This document shows, one piece after another, positions 1 to 10,148 of a DNA stretch of 64,000 nt. The notes under the pieces are model-generated. The model worked only from the letters and a program-made list of their open reading frames with translations. It was not told the origin of the DNA and made no database searches. This DNA comes from an uncultured Nitrososphaerota archaeon. GTDB lineage: Archaea; Korarchaeota; Korarchaeia; Korarchaeales; Korarchaeaceae. Within the stretch, counting starts at the first letter, position 1. The number at the start of each line of letters is the position of its first letter. The DNA is taken from NCBI GenBank assembly GCA_964594835.1, contig CAZQNA010000005.1:21319-85318 (forward strand), read 5' to 3'. Both the position numbers and the translations under genes were made by a program.

Positions 1-2
1 CG

Positions 3-494
3 GCCGAGTGGGTGAGCTACACCGGCCTCTACACCATAGACGCCATCCTCAACCGGAACCTCTTCGTCCTAGTCGATGCCCTCAGGCACCTCTTCCTCCC
101 GGTGCTCAACTTGGTGATCGTGGGGAACGCGGGGATCATGCGGGTGATGAGGTCCAGCCTGCTGGAGGAGCTGCACAAGGAGTACGTGATGGCGGCCAGG
201 ACCAAGGGGGTGCCCGAGAAAGTTGTCATCAACAAGCACGCCATGAGGAACGCCATGATACCTGTGGTCACGATGGCTGGCGTCCTAGTCGCCGGCTTCC
301 TCACGGGGCTCGTGATAACGGAGACGGTCTTCGAGTTTAAGGGCCTGGGCTACTGGGCCGCCCACGCCGCCACGCAGCTCGACTTCCCGGCGGTCCTGGC
401 CTTCGCCCTATTCTCGGGGATAGTATTCGTGGTCTCCAACCTGCTCGTCGACATCCTCTACGCCTACCTTGACCCGAGGATAAGGCTGGGGTGA
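3..494 (+). CDS. dppB: Oligopeptide/dipeptide ABC permease (DppB/OppB), 5' partial
   Basis: EAA-loop motif 'EYVMAARTKGVPEK..HAMRNA', 'ETVFEFKGLG' and terminal 'YAYLDPRIR'; frame is open to the window start. Confidence 0.93.
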   Translation, partial: AEWVSYTGLYTIDAILNRNLFVLVDALRHLFLPVLNLVIVGNAGIMRVMRSSLLEELHKEYVMAARTKGVPEKVVINKHAMRNAMIPVVTMAGVLVAGFLTGLVITETVFEFKGLGYWAAHAATQLDFPAVLAFALFSGIVFVVSNLLVDILYAYLDPRIRLG

Positions 495-499
495 TCTGA

Positions 500-1450
500 G
501 TGGCGGAGAAGATGAGAGGAGAGAAGGAAGAGCTCGCAAAGGTCCCCCTGAGGGAGAGGGCCTGGTTTAAGGAACTCATGTTCACCCTTAGGAGGATAAG
601 AGAAAGCCCCCTCTCCCTCGCGGGGCTCGCCATCGTGGCGTTCTTTGCGGTCATAGCCATGTTCGCGCCCCTGATAGCCCCGCCCCAGCCGGGCAGGGAC
701 CCGTACGTCATGCCCCGTCACGGCTACCTGGCCACCCCCAAGCCCCCCAGCGACGAGTTCCCCTTCGGGACCGCCGAGGGGCAGTACGACATGTTCTACG
801 GGTGTATCTGGGGTACGAGGACTGCATTCAAGGTCGGGCTCTTAGTCGTGGGCGGAGCTCTGGCCATCGGGGTCACGCTGGGAGCTCTCTCGGGCTACTT
901 CGGTGGGATACTGGACGAGATAATCATGAGGATCACAGACATAATGTACGCCTTCCCCGGGCTCATCCTTGCCATGGCCTTCGTCACGGCCTTCGGCGTG
1001 GGCCTTGACAACGTCATCAAGGCGCTCATCCTCGTGGGGTGGCCCACCTACGCCCGGCTCACCAGGGCGGGAGTCCTCCAGGTGAGGCAGGAGGACTATG
1101 TCGAGGCGGCCAGGGCGATAGGCGCGTCGAACGCCAGGATACTGCTGAAGCACGTCCTGCCCAACAGCATCTACCCGGTCGTCATCGTCTCCACGCTGGA
1201 CATAGGGTCGATGGTCCTCACCGCGGCCGCCCTGAGCTTCCTCGGCCTTGGCGCCCCAATTGGGTACGCGGACTGGGGTCAGCTGATAGCCATGTCCAGG
1301 AACTGGATCCTGGGAGAGGCCGGCAACCCGTTCGCCTACTGGCACACCTACACGATCCCGGGCGTGTTCATCTTCACGTTTGTCCTCGGCTGGAACCTGC
1401 TCGGCGACGCCTTCCGAGACATCCTCGATCCGACCCTCAGGAGGAGGTGA
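500..1450 (+). CDS. dppC: Oligopeptide ABC permease (DppC/OppC)
   Basis: 'PFGT..G.D....IWGTR', 'YVEAARAIGAS..RILLKHVLPN', 'LSFLGLG', 'NLLGDAFRDILDP'. Confidence 0.95.
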   Translation: MAEKMRGEKEELAKVPLRERAWFKELMFTLRRIRESPLSLAGLAIVAFFAVIAMFAPLIAPPQPGRDPYVMPRHGYLATPKPPSDEFPFGTAEGQYDMFYGCIWGTRTAFKVGLLVVGGALAIGVTLGALSGYFGGILDEIIMRITDIMYAFPGLILAMAFVTAFGVGLDNVIKALILVGWPTYARLTRAGVLQVRQEDYVEAARAIGASNARILLKHVLPNSIYPVVIVSTLDIGSMVLTAAALSFLGLGAPIGYADWGQLIAMSRNWILGEAGNPFAYWHTYTIPGVFIFTFVLGWNLLGDAFRDILDPTLRRR

Positions 1451-1452
1451 GA

Positions 1453-2709
1453 ATGCCGGATCAAGTATCGAGTCCCGATCCTGCCGCCCTTGAGGCAGTG
1501 GAGGGGAGGCCCGAGCTCACCACACCAGGCGAGCAGAGGGCCGTCCTGATGGAGGTCAGGGACCTCAAGGTCAGGTTCTACACTTACGAGGGGGTCGTCA
1601 AGGCGATAGACGGCGTCGACCTGGACGTAATGGACGGCGAGACCCTCGGCATAGTGGGGGAGACGGGGAGCGGAAAGTCGGTCACAACCTACGCGATGAT
1701 GAACCTCATCCCTCCGCCGGGCAGGATAGTGGCGGGCAGGGTCATCTACTACAAGGACGGCAGGCCCCTCGTCCTGACGGAGATGGGTGAGGAGGACCTA
1801 AGGAGGCTCAGGGGGGCTGATATATCCAGGATCTTCCAGGAGCCCAAGGCGGCCCTGAACCCGGTATTCAAGGTGGGTGACCAGGTGGCGGAGGCCATCC
1901 TGATCCACAGGATGGGCGAGATGATCGAGAGGGCCATCGGGACGCTGGAGGAGGAGGCAGAGGCGGGAGGGCTGAGGGGGGCCCTTGCCAGGGCCAAGCT
2001 GGCCGTGATGAGGGCGGCCCAGGCCAACCCGTTGGGGTTGGCGCTGAGGGTCCTCCTGAGGATACCCCTGCTGAGGAGGCTCTACTGGTCTCCGGTGAGC
2101 GCAGAGGCCAGGAAGGAGGTCGTGAAGCTCCTGGGCCTCATGGGCATCCCCGACCCCGACAGGGTCTACGACATGTACCCGCACGAGCTGAGCGGCGGGA
2201 TGCAGCAGAGGATAGTGATAGCCACGGCCCTCTCCTGCAACCCCAGGATGCTCATAGCGGACGAGCCGACTACGAACCTGGACGTCACGGTCGAGGCCCA
2301 GATACTCGAGCTCATGAAGGAGCTGAAGAAGGAGTTCGGCTCCACCCTCGTCTACATCACCCACGACATGGGGGTCATAGCGGAGGTCTCCGACAGGGTC
2401 GCCGTGATGTACGCCGGCAACATATGCGAGGTCGCTGACGTGTTCACCCTCTTCAGGGAGCCCCTGCATCCCTACACGAGGGGGCTGCTGGAGGCTATCC
2501 CCATGCCCGGGAGGGAGCTGAAGGCCATTCCGGGCACCGTCCCCAACCTGATCAACCCGCCGACGGGATGCAGGTTCCACCCGAGGTGCGCCCAAGCGAT
2601 GCCCAAGTGCAGGGAGCACAAGCCCAAGCTCGTCGAGGTGAAGCCGGGCCACAGGGTGGCCTGCTTCCTCTACAGCGACGAGGTGGCGGACGAGGGGGGT
2701 GAGGAGTGA
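1453..2709 (+). CDS. dppD: Oligopeptide ABC ATPase (DppD/OppD) with internal insertion
   Basis: Walker [25 protein letters not shown]-terminal [10 protein letters not shown] motif; ATG at 1453 follows GGAGGTGA, and the upstream part of the listed ORF overlaps dppC. Confidence 0.93.
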   Translation: MPDQVSSPDPAALEAVEGRPELTTPGEQRAVLMEVRDLKVRFYTYEGVVKAIDGVDLDVMDGETLGIVGETGSGKSVTTYAMMNLIPPPGRIVAGRVIYYKDGRPLVLTEMGEEDLRRLRGADISRIFQEPKAALNPVFKVGDQVAEAILIHRMGEMIERAIGTLEEEAEAGGLRGALARAKLAVMRAAQANPLGLALRVLLRIPLLRRLYWSPVSAEARKEVVKLLGLMGIPDPDRVYDMYPHELSGGMQQRIVIATALSCNPRMLIADEPTTNLDVTVEAQILELMKELKKEFGSTLVYITHDMGVIAEVSDRVAVMYAGNICEVADVFTLFREPLHPYTRGLLEAIPMPGRELKAIPGTVPNLINPPTGCRFHPRCAQAMPKCREHKPKLVEVKPGHRVACFLYSDEVADEGGEE

Positions 2710-3806
2710 TGATAGCCAGGGAGTACGCGGACAGCTGGCTGGAGAAGACCGAGGGATCCCTGCTCAGGACCCTTGGGCTCAAGAAGCACTTCCCGGTCCT
2801 TGGAGGGATCCTGAAGAGACCAGTCGCGTGGGTCAGGGCCGTGGACGGCGTGGACATCTGGATAAAGAGGGGCGAGACCCTCGGGCTGGTGGGAGAGTCC
2901 GGCTGCGGCAAGACCACGCTTGGCAGGACGATAATCAGGCTCCTGGATCCGACCGACGGCCACATCTTCTACGACACCCCCGAGGACGTCATAAGGAGGA
3001 TAATCGAGGCGGAGGAGCGTGGGGACAGGGACGAGCTGAAGAGGCTGAGGGAGCAGCACGACCTGGCCGCGATGAGGGGCAAGAGGCTGAAGGTGTACAG
3101 GAGAAAGATGCAGATAGTGTTCCAGAATCCCCTGACGGCCCTCAACCCCAGGATGATGGTCAAGGACATCGTCGCAGAGCCTCTGGTGGTCCAGGGCATA
3201 GCGAGGGGAGAGGCGGCCGTGCAGCGCGTCTTGGAGGCTCTCGAGGCGGTGGGCCTGGGGAAGGAGCACCTGAGGAGGTACCCGCACGAGTTCAGCGGGG
3301 GTCAGAGGCAGAGGATAGCGATAGCGAGGGCCCTCGTCCTCAGGCCAGAGTTCCTCGTCCTTGACGAGCCCACCTCAGCCGTGGATGTCTCTGTGAGGGC
3401 CAGGCTCCTGAAGCTTCTGAAGGAGCTTCAGCAGAGGTACGGCCTCACCTACCTCTTCATAAGCCACGACCTGTCTCAGGTTCAGGTGATAAGCGACAGG
3501 GTCGCCGTCATGTACCTCGGCAAGATAGTCGAGCTGGCCGACACCCAGAGGATATTCGAGAGGCCCCTCCACCCCTACACCCAGGCGCTCTTCTCCGCCA
3601 AGCCGGTCCCAGACCCGATCCTCGCCAGGGAGAAGAAGAGGATAGTCCTCAAGGGAGACGTGCCGAGCCCAGTGAATCCGCCGCCCGGCTGCAGGTTCCA
3701 CCCGCGCTGCCCCAAGAGGTTCGAGCCCTGCGACAGGGAGGAGCCCCCCCTGGTGGAGATCGAGCCCGACCACTGGGTCGCGTGTCACCTGTACCCGACC
3801 GGCTGA
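2706..3806 (+). CDS. dppF: Oligopeptide ABC ATPase (DppF/OppF)
   Basis: [24 protein letters not shown]-terminal GCRFHPRC...HWVACHL. Confidence 0.95.
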   Translation: MMIAREYADSWLEKTEGSLLRTLGLKKHFPVLGGILKRPVAWVRAVDGVDIWIKRGETLGLVGESGCGKTTLGRTIIRLLDPTDGHIFYDTPEDVIRRIIEAEERGDRDELKRLREQHDLAAMRGKRLKVYRRKMQIVFQNPLTALNPRMMVKDIVAEPLVVQGIARGEAAVQRVLEALEAVGLGKEHLRRYPHEFSGGQRQRIAIARALVLRPEFLVLDEPTSAVDVSVRARLLKLLKELQQRYGLTYLFISHDLSQVQVISDRVAVMYLGKIVELADTQRIFERPLHPYTQALFSAKPVPDPILAREKKRIVLKGDVPSPVNPPPGCRFHPRCPKRFEPCDREEPPLVEIEPDHWVACHLYPTG

Positions 3807-3870
3807 CGGGGTCCCACCCAAACTCTTTATTGACGCAGGGGGAGCTGGCAGGGGCTGAGAGGGGGTTTAG

Positions 3871-4440
3871 ATGGCCCGAGAGAAGGGTGGCAGGACCAGG
3901 CGGCTGATGGCCCTGGCCTTCATAGGGATAATGGCCTTCGGGTCCCTCGCCTACGGCCTGATCCTGCTCACCGGGGAGAGCTATCCTGTCCCTCCCAGCG
4001 ACGTCACCATCCAGCAGATCAGGTACACCTTCGACTGCCCCGGCAGGGCCGTGATAAACAGCGCCATGACTCTTGCGACGACGCCCGAGGGTTTTCCGCT
4101 GGAGGGGGGCGAGGGGGTTCAGTTCCTAGCCGAGTACAGGTACCCGAGGGTGATGGTTATCATAGCCTTCATGAAGTTCGACAGCAACGCCCGTGCCAGG
4201 CAGGTGGGCGAGCAGATCGCGGACTACGCCGCCAACTTCACCGCGAACTACACGAGGTGGGAGTGCGACGTAGGCGGCGACGAGGGTCACGCCAGATTCG
4301 AGTACCGCGGTCTTACCTGGGAGATGTGGTACTCGGGAGAATGGGTGATTGAGCTGATAGTGGGGGAGTCCGGGGGGGTGGGGAGGCGCATCGCGGAGGA
4401 CATGAAGGCGTGCATAGCCGAGGTGTCCGCGAGGCCCTGA
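3871..4440 (+). CDS. Hypothetical protein with N-terminal TM anchor/signal
   Basis: Basic N-terminus then hydrophobic stretch; typical codon use; TATA-like CTTTATT ~40 nt upstream. Confidence 0.7.
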   Translation: MAREKGGRTRRLMALAFIGIMAFGSLAYGLILLTGESYPVPPSDVTIQQIRYTFDCPGRAVINSAMTLATTPEGFPLEGGEGVQFLAEYRYPRVMVIIAFMKFDSNARARQVGEQIADYAANFTANYTRWECDVGGDEGHARFEYRGLTWEMWYSGEWVIELIVGESGGVGRRIAEDMKACIAEVSARP

Positions 4441-4640
4441 GCCGACCACGGTCGGAGGGCCGTTACAGTCCTCCTGTGAGCCTGACCGAGCCCCCTGATA
4501 GAACTATTTCGGGGAGGACTCTTCTCGAAGTTTACCCGCCCGCTTGAACCCTCGTGCCCCCTCCTCCGCTGGACTGAAACGATCGGGTCGTCCGCTTGGT
4601 CTAATTAATTGGGTTAGGCTGACGACCTGGGGAAATAGCC

Positions 4641-4649
4641 TTTTTATTT
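4641..4649 (+). promoter_or_regulatory. Putative TATA box (with upstream BRE-like GAAA) for the substrate-binding protein gene
   Basis: GGAAATAGCC-TTTTTATTT in a GC-rich background ~70 nt before the ATG. Confidence 0.55.
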
Positions 4650-4716
4650 GTGATCTTCAACAGTCATCATCAGCCCAGCCCGAAAGGCGGGGTGACATCC
4701 CCGGCCTAGAGGGGGT

Positions 4717-7437
4717 ATGCAGATGTGGGGTAGAAAGAGAGTAGGTATAACCGCACTTGCCATCGCCCTCACCGTGCTCCTGATCCCGCTCGGGTTCATC
4801 TCTGCGCAGCCTCAGCAGAAGGGGCCTTTCCTCAACCAGGTCATAGTGGAGACGAGGGCCACTGGTGAGGTCGCGGTCGGCGACGTCGCGGTCGGGGCTC
4901 TCGACGCGTACTTCAAGTCTCTCTCCTTGAACGTCTATGCTGGTCTCCCAGAGAGCTACAAGCAGAATCTTAAGCTTGTGCCCAACGCAGGAACCTACTA
5001 CGACATAGACATCAACCCTGTCCACGATCCTGACAGCCCCTATCTAGTCACGGTCGAGGGCAAGCAGTACTTCAACCCGTTCGCCATTAGAAAGGTCAGG
5101 TTTGCCCTAAACTACATTGTAAACAGAAAGTATTTTGCCGATGAGATCTTGCAAGGCGGAGGTCTGCCGATGTTCTCGGCCATTAAGGCCGTCAGCCCAC
5201 TGAACAAATACTTCGAGGACGTTTACAGGGAACTCGGCCTCACACCAGAGGGTAACGAGCAGCTGGGCCTTCAGATGATTGATGAGGCCCTCACTAAGGC
5301 TTCCGAGGAGCTCGGCGGGCGGCTCAAGAAGGTCCCGGACCCGAGGGCCCCTGCCGGATACTGGTGGACCTTCGACGGCGAGCCGGTCACGGTCAAGTTC
5401 TACATAAGAATTGAGGACGAGAGGCATGAGATGGGACTCTACCTTGCGGATCAGATTGAGAAGGCTGGAATCAAGGTCGACAGGATCGAGGCCAATTTCA
5501 GGAAGTGCGTCTGGACCGTATACCTCACCGACCCGAAGGACTACGAGTGGAACCTCTACACCGCCGGCTGGGGCGCCGGCACTTACATAGCCTACGCCTC
5601 CGAGGAGTCCGCCTCTACCCAGTTTTACGCTCCGTGGTACGGCTGGATGCCAGGCATCCAAGTTGAGGGCTGGTGGCAGTACGAGAACGAGACAATCGAC
5701 GAGCTGTCAAAGGACATAATTCTCGGCAAGGTCGCCTCTAGGGACGAGTACTGGGAGAAGATGAAGCTGCTGGTCAAGATGGGGATTCAGGAGTCAGTAA
5801 GGGTCTTCACCGTCCAGAGCATCGAGTACTTCCCAGTTAACAAGAGGAGGACTACTCAGATCGGCTACGATGTGGTCACTGGACTCTGGTCCTACTGGCC
5901 TTGGAGGACCGCCGACACCCAAGACCACACCTGGAGGATAGCCGTTGAGGCACAGCAGGCCCAGATGTTCACGAGCGTCTTTAACCCCGTTGAGGGGTTC
6001 GACGACGTCTACTCGATGTCTATCTACAGGGCCACGGTGGACCCGGGGGTGACCGGCCACCCGGCCGAGGGAGTGCCTATCGGCGTTAGGGTTAGTTGGG
6101 ATCTTGAGACCGACTACGAGATAACTCCGGAGGGCGAGAGGGTCGGCAAGATCCCGGTGCCTGACACCGCGGTGATCTACGACTCCAAGGAGGACAAGTG
6201 GGTTCCCGTCGGTCCGGGCAAGACCGCCGCCGCGAAGGTGACCTTCCACCTGAAGCTCGGAAACTGGCACCACGGGATCCCGATGGACCTAAACGACATC
6301 AGGTACGCCGTCGCATTCGACTACGAGTGGTCCTCTGAGGACGAGCCCGGAGATCCGTTCTACAGAGACTACATTGAGAGCGACATCGCGCCGGTGCTCG
6401 AGTCCATCAAGGGATTCGAGTTCATTGAGCCTGACACCGTTGTCGTCTACCACGACTACATTCACGTGGCCTCCGACGCGCTGACCGCCACCTACTATGT
6501 CCCGTGGGCGGCCCTGCCGTGGGAACTCATGGAAGCGGCCAGTTACGTCGTGGCCTACGGCGGACCGGTCAGCGGCAACCCCTACGACTGGGAGCAGACT
6601 GAGGGCAAGGAGTGGCTCGATCTCATAGCCCCGTCCCACGTCGAGGACGTCAAGGCTATGGTAGAGCAGCTGAGGATGGAGGGTCACGTCCCAGGCTCCG
6701 TAGTCGGAGTTACCTCCCTCGCAGCGGTCGAGAGGTACAACTCCGACCTCAAGTGGATCAAGCAGTACGGCGTCGCCTGGATATCCAACGGCCCGTTCAT
6801 GCTGATCGAGTACGACCCGCAGGCAATGTACATGAAGCTGGTGGCCTTTAGGGACCCGACCTATCCGTTCGCCAAGGACTATTGGTATTCCCAGTTCATT
6901 GTCGTCAGAGAGAGGGTCGAGTCCATCAGCGCCCCTGCCACGGTGACGGCCGGTGAGCCCTTCGACGTCACAATAAGCATAACCGAGATCGGCGAGTTCC
7001 CAGAGACCTACGAGAAGCCAGCCGAGGAGGCCTACGTCCTAGTGAGGCTCAAGGATCCGACCGGCACCTCGATATTCGAGGGGACCGCCTCGCTCGTGAC
7101 TCCGGGGACCTTCAAGATAACGGTACCGGGCAGCGTCACGGAGGGCAAGCCTGAGGGCTCTTACACGATCGAAGTCACCGCGTCCAAGACGGCGCAGGCC
7201 GCCGGTGAGGTCTCCACCCAGGAGATCATAGTCACCGCGCCCGCTCCGCCTCCGACCACGGCCGCTCCCACGACTCCGCCTCCGACCACGGCCGCTCCCA
7301 CGACTCCGCCTCCGACCACGCCAGCGCCCACCGCCGCTCCCGCAGGGCCTAGCATGACCCTCATAATTGGCATCGTTGTCGTGATAGTGATCGTGGTGGC
7401 CGCCCTCCTCCTCATGAGGAAGAAGGGAGGCGAGTGA
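4717..7437 (+). CDS. dppA: Peptide ABC transporter substrate-binding protein (family 5, archaeal type) with Ig-like domain, Pro/Thr linker and C-terminal TM anchor
   Basis: Signal peptide, 'FNPFAIRKVRFALNYIVNR', 'WHHG.PM...DI', 'ISNGPF', Pro/Thr-rich linker, terminal TM helix followed by RKK. Confidence 0.9.
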   Translation: MQMWGRKRVGITALAIALTVLLIPLGFISAQPQQKGPFLNQVIVETRATGEVAVGDVAVGALDAYFKSLSLNVYAGLPESYKQNLKLVPNAGTYYDIDINPVHDPDSPYLVTVEGKQYFNPFAIRKVRFALNYIVNRKYFADEILQGGGLPMFSAIKAVSPLNKYFEDVYRELGLTPEGNEQLGLQMIDEALTKASEELGGRLKKVPDPRAPAGYWWTFDGEPVTVKFYIRIEDERHEMGLYLADQIEKAGIKVDRIEANFRKCVWTVYLTDPKDYEWNLYTAGWGAGTYIAYASEESASTQFYAPWYGWMPGIQVEGWWQYENETIDELSKDIILGKVASRDEYWEKMKLLVKMGIQESVRVFTVQSIEYFPVNKRRTTQIGYDVVTGLWSYWPWRTADTQDHTWRIAVEAQQAQMFTSVFNPVEGFDDVYSMSIYRATVDPGVTGHPAEGVPIGVRVSWDLETDYEITPEGERVGKIPVPDTAVIYDSKEDKWVPVGPGKTAAAKVTFHLKLGNWHHGIPMDLNDIRYAVAFDYEWSSEDEPGDPFYRDYIESDIAPVLESIKGFEFIEPDTVVVYHDYIHVASDALTATYYVPWAALPWELMEAASYVVAYGGPVSGNPYDWEQTEGKEWLDLIAPSHVEDVKAMVEQLRMEGHVPGSVVGVTSLAAVERYNSDLKWIKQYGVAWISNGPFMLIEYDPQAMYMKLVAFRDPTYPFAKDYWYSQFIVVRERVESISAPATVTAGEPFDVTISITEIGEFPETYEKPAEEAYVLVRLKDPTGTSIFEGTASLVTPGTFKITVPGSVTEGKPEGSYTIEVTASKTAQAAGEVSTQEIIVTAPAPPPTTAAPTTPPPTTAAPTTPPPTTPAPTAAPAGPSMTLIIGIVVVIVIVVAALLLMRKKGGE
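7244..7320 (+). repeat. Perfect 30-bp tandem repeat (~2.5 copies) encoding PPPTTAAPTT linker units
   Basis: CTCCGCCTCCGACCACGGCCGCTCCCACGA at 7244 and 7274, partial copy at 7304. Confidence 0.9.
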
Positions 7438-7460
7438 CCTCCCCCACCCCATTTTTCTAC
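7438..7460 (+). terminator. Probable archaeal pyrimidine/oligo-T terminator
   Basis: CCTCCCCCACCCCATTTTTCT directly after the stop codon. Confidence 0.5.
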
Positions 7461-7630
7461 CGTTCTCAGCGCCTAAAAGATCCCAATTCTACATTTCCGT
7501 CGTAGATTTCCGTGGATTGGTTTTGAGAGTTCATTTCTGTTGAGTTTCATGCCCTTCCGTGGCCCGCGCCTCCTTATGGTTTAATAATCATCTGGATAGC
7601 CGCCACCCTGATCGGCTGAGGTGGTGCTGG

Positions 7631-8698
7631 GTGGGCTTTGGCCGGTACGTGGTGGTTAGGATCGTTAACGCCCTCATAGTCCTTATCATAGCAGTCTTCT
7701 TGGTGTCATTGATCTTCAACACGCAAGCTGAGCAGGAGCTGAAGGCGCTCATAGATCAGCAGCTCGCGTCCCAGATGGCGAGCCCGGAACTGCAGAAGGT
7801 CTTCGCTCAGAACGAGACCTACAGGAAGGTCTGGTACGAGTCTCACAAGAGGCAGCTCTATGAGCTGTACGGGCTGGACAAGCCCCTCATGGAGAGGGTA
7901 GTGTCGAGGGCTCTCCAACAGCTGAAGCTCGACATGGGAAAGTCCACGGCCATGAGATCGGTCACAGGTTCACGAGACGTCTCCAGGATAATTCTGGAGG
8001 CCCTGCCGAGAACGATACTCCTCTTCACTACGTCTACGATAATAATCACGATTATAGGTCTCATTCTCGGTCTTAAGGCGGCCCAGAGGGCTGGCAGCCT
8101 GCTTGACAAAGCCCTCTCCGTGTTCGCCCTGGTGACCTACAGCTTCCCCATGTGGTGGACCGGGATGCTCTTCATCATTCTCTTCTCCTACTACCTCGGT
8201 CTGTTCCCGTCGGGCGGGATGATGTCCATTCCGCCGCCGGAGGGCACGGTGAAGAAGTTGGCGGATCTCCTCTATCACATGATCCTCCCCGTCTCGACGG
8301 CCGTCCTCGTCGGGTTCGGCGGCTGGGCGTACACCGCCAGGAGCGTTGTCCTCAGCCAGTTTCAGGAGGACTACGTGATGGCCGCGAGGGCTAAGGGGGT
8401 CCCCGAGAGGAAGGTTCTCTACAAGCATGTCCTGAGGGCGTCGGCGCCGCCGATCCTGACCATGATGATCTTCGGACTCCTGGGGTCGCTGGGTGGGGCG
8501 ATGATATCGGAGATAGTGTTCAACTGGCCAGGGATGGGGCGGCTCTACTGGACCGCCTTGGTGGAGCACGATGTCCCCGTGCTCCTGGGGAACACCACTT
8601 TCAGCATATTCCTCTACTTGGCGGCCGTCGTGATAATGGACCTGATCTACGGGTTCTTGGATCCAAGGGTGAAGGTCGGAGCCCAGACTGTCGTCTGA
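7631..8698 (+). CDS. dppB: Oligopeptide ABC permease (DppB/OppB)
   Basis: 'DYVMAARAKGVPERKVLYKHVLR', 'EIVFNWPGMG', 'YGFLDPRV'; GTG at 7631 follows GAGGTGG; TATA-like TTTAATAA at 7580. Confidence 0.92.
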   Translation: MGFGRYVVVRIVNALIVLIIAVFLVSLIFNTQAEQELKALIDQQLASQMASPELQKVFAQNETYRKVWYESHKRQLYELYGLDKPLMERVVSRALQQLKLDMGKSTAMRSVTGSRDVSRIILEALPRTILLFTTSTIIITIIGLILGLKAAQRAGSLLDKALSVFALVTYSFPMWWTGMLFIILFSYYLGLFPSGGMMSIPPPEGTVKKLADLLYHMILPVSTAVLVGFGGWAYTARSVVLSQFQEDYVMAARAKGVPERKVLYKHVLRASAPPILTMMIFGLLGSLGGAMISEIVFNWPGMGRLYWTALVEHDVPVLLGNTTFSIFLYLAAVVIMDLIYGFLDPRVKVGAQTVV

Positions 8699-8704
8699 GG
8701 GTGA

Positions 8705-10147
8705 ATGGAGATGCGTTGGAAGGATCTGATAGCCAGTCTATCTGACTTCTGGTTCGAGTTCAGGAGGGAGAAGTCGGGTCTAGTCGGGATGGGTCTCCTG
8801 ATACTCTTCATACTAATGGCCATATTTGCCCCATTCATAGCCGATCCCGAGACGAGCAGGCACTGGAGAGACGTGACCTACTGGCAGGATCTGCCTAGGT
8901 CGGTCCCGCCCACTTGGGTCAACGTCTTTTCGGGGACAAAGCTAGCGCCGCATGAGATCTTGGCCCCACATGACAAGTCAGAGAGGGCCATGGGGAGCAT
9001 TAGGGAGATATCCTTTACATTCACCTATAATTATGATTATGATAGACCACCAACAGATATAATGGTGTTAATATCTATTAACTCAACGAATCCCACCAAG
9101 CCCCCAACGGTAGTAATATCTGTTGAGAGGCCCGATGGGGTCAAGATCGACCTCGTCAGCTCGAAGCTCTCCGGTGCGGCCACGGCAGAGGGGGGGCGCC
9201 TGAGGCTCCTAGTGACCACCTTCTCGAGCGCCAGGGCGAATGTCGTGACCTTCGCTCGACAGTACGAGAGTCCGGAGAACCTTGAACTCGTTCACTATGA
9301 GCTGCTGGATCCGCTGGTCCCACTCTTTGCGAAGGCTCAGCCCGGAATGATGGTGGAGGACAAGGCAGAGCCGCTCAGGGGTATCTACACCATAAAGGTC
9401 GTCTTCTACACGTTTAACCCGGAGGATCGGGTCAACGACGTCTCCATTATAATGGCCGGGAGGACGTACGGCCTCCTGGGCACCGACGCGCTCAGGAGGG
9501 ACCTCTTCGCCGGCCTGGTGTGGGGGACGAGGGTCTCTCTCGTGGTGGGCATCGTGTCCTCCGTGCTCACCACGATGGTGGGCGTCCTGTACGGGGTGGC
9601 CAGCGCTTACTTCGGGGGCTGGGCCGACGAGATCCTGCAGAGGATCGCCGAGATAGTAGCGTCTATCCCGGTCCTCCCGCTCCTGATCATAATCTTCGCC
9701 TTCTACAAGCCCTCCATCTGGCCGGTGATCGTGCTGATGGCCCTGATGTCGTGGCCCGGGACCAATAAGGTCGTCAGGAGCATGGGGCTCCAGCTCAAGG
9801 AGATGCCCTACGTCGAGGCGGCCAGGGCCCTCGGGGCCGGAGGGAGGTGGATCATAGTCAGGCACATGATGCCCCAGATACTGCCGTACGTCTTCGCGTC
9901 TATAGCGCTGGGCGTGCCGGGCTACGTCCTGCTGGAGGCTGGCCTGTCTTTCCTGGGGCTGGGAGACGTCACCAGGGTGACCTGGGGTCAGATACTCCAC
10001 GACGCCCAGGGCGCGGCCGCCACCATCAAGGGCATGTGGTGGTGGGTGGTCCCGCCGGGCCTGGCGATAGCGCTCATGGGCCTCTCGTTCGCCCTGCTGG
10101 GGTCGGCCCTCAACAAGATACTGAGCCCGAAGATGAGGACGTTGTGA
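8705..10147 (+). CDS. dppC: Oligopeptide ABC permease (DppC/OppC) with large extracytoplasmic insertion
   Basis: 'GLLGTD..RRD....LVWGTR', 'YVEAARALGA', 'LSFLGLGD', 'WWWVVPPG'. Confidence 0.92.
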   Translation: MEMRWKDLIASLSDFWFEFRREKSGLVGMGLLILFILMAIFAPFIADPETSRHWRDVTYWQDLPRSVPPTWVNVFSGTKLAPHEILAPHDKSERAMGSIREISFTFTYNYDYDRPPTDIMVLISINSTNPTKPPTVVISVERPDGVKIDLVSSKLSGAATAEGGRLRLLVTTFSSARANVVTFARQYESPENLELVHYELLDPLVPLFAKAQPGMMVEDKAEPLRGIYTIKVVFYTFNPEDRVNDVSIIMAGRTYGLLGTDALRRDLFAGLVWGTRVSLVVGIVSSVLTTMVGVLYGVASAYFGGWADEILQRIAEIVASIPVLPLLIIIFAFYKPSIWPVIVLMALMSWPGTNKVVRSMGLQLKEMPYVEAARALGAGGRWIIVRHMMPQILPYVFASIALGVPGYVLLEAGLSFLGLGDVTRVTWGQILHDAQGAAATIKGMWWWVVPPGLAIALMGLSFALLGSALNKILSPKMRTL

Positions 10148-10148
10148 G

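Noticed and set aside
4610-4675. Minus-strand ATGATGA as a C/D box sRNA
   Set aside because: No properly spaced CTGA D box downstream; region overlaps the plus-strand promoter
7244-7320. Possible CRISPR array
   Set aside because: Head-to-tail in-frame coding repeat with no spacers
7485-7507. AATTCTAC...GTAGAT resembling a Cas12a repeat stem
   Set aside because: Single copy, longer loop, no spacers and no cas genes in the window
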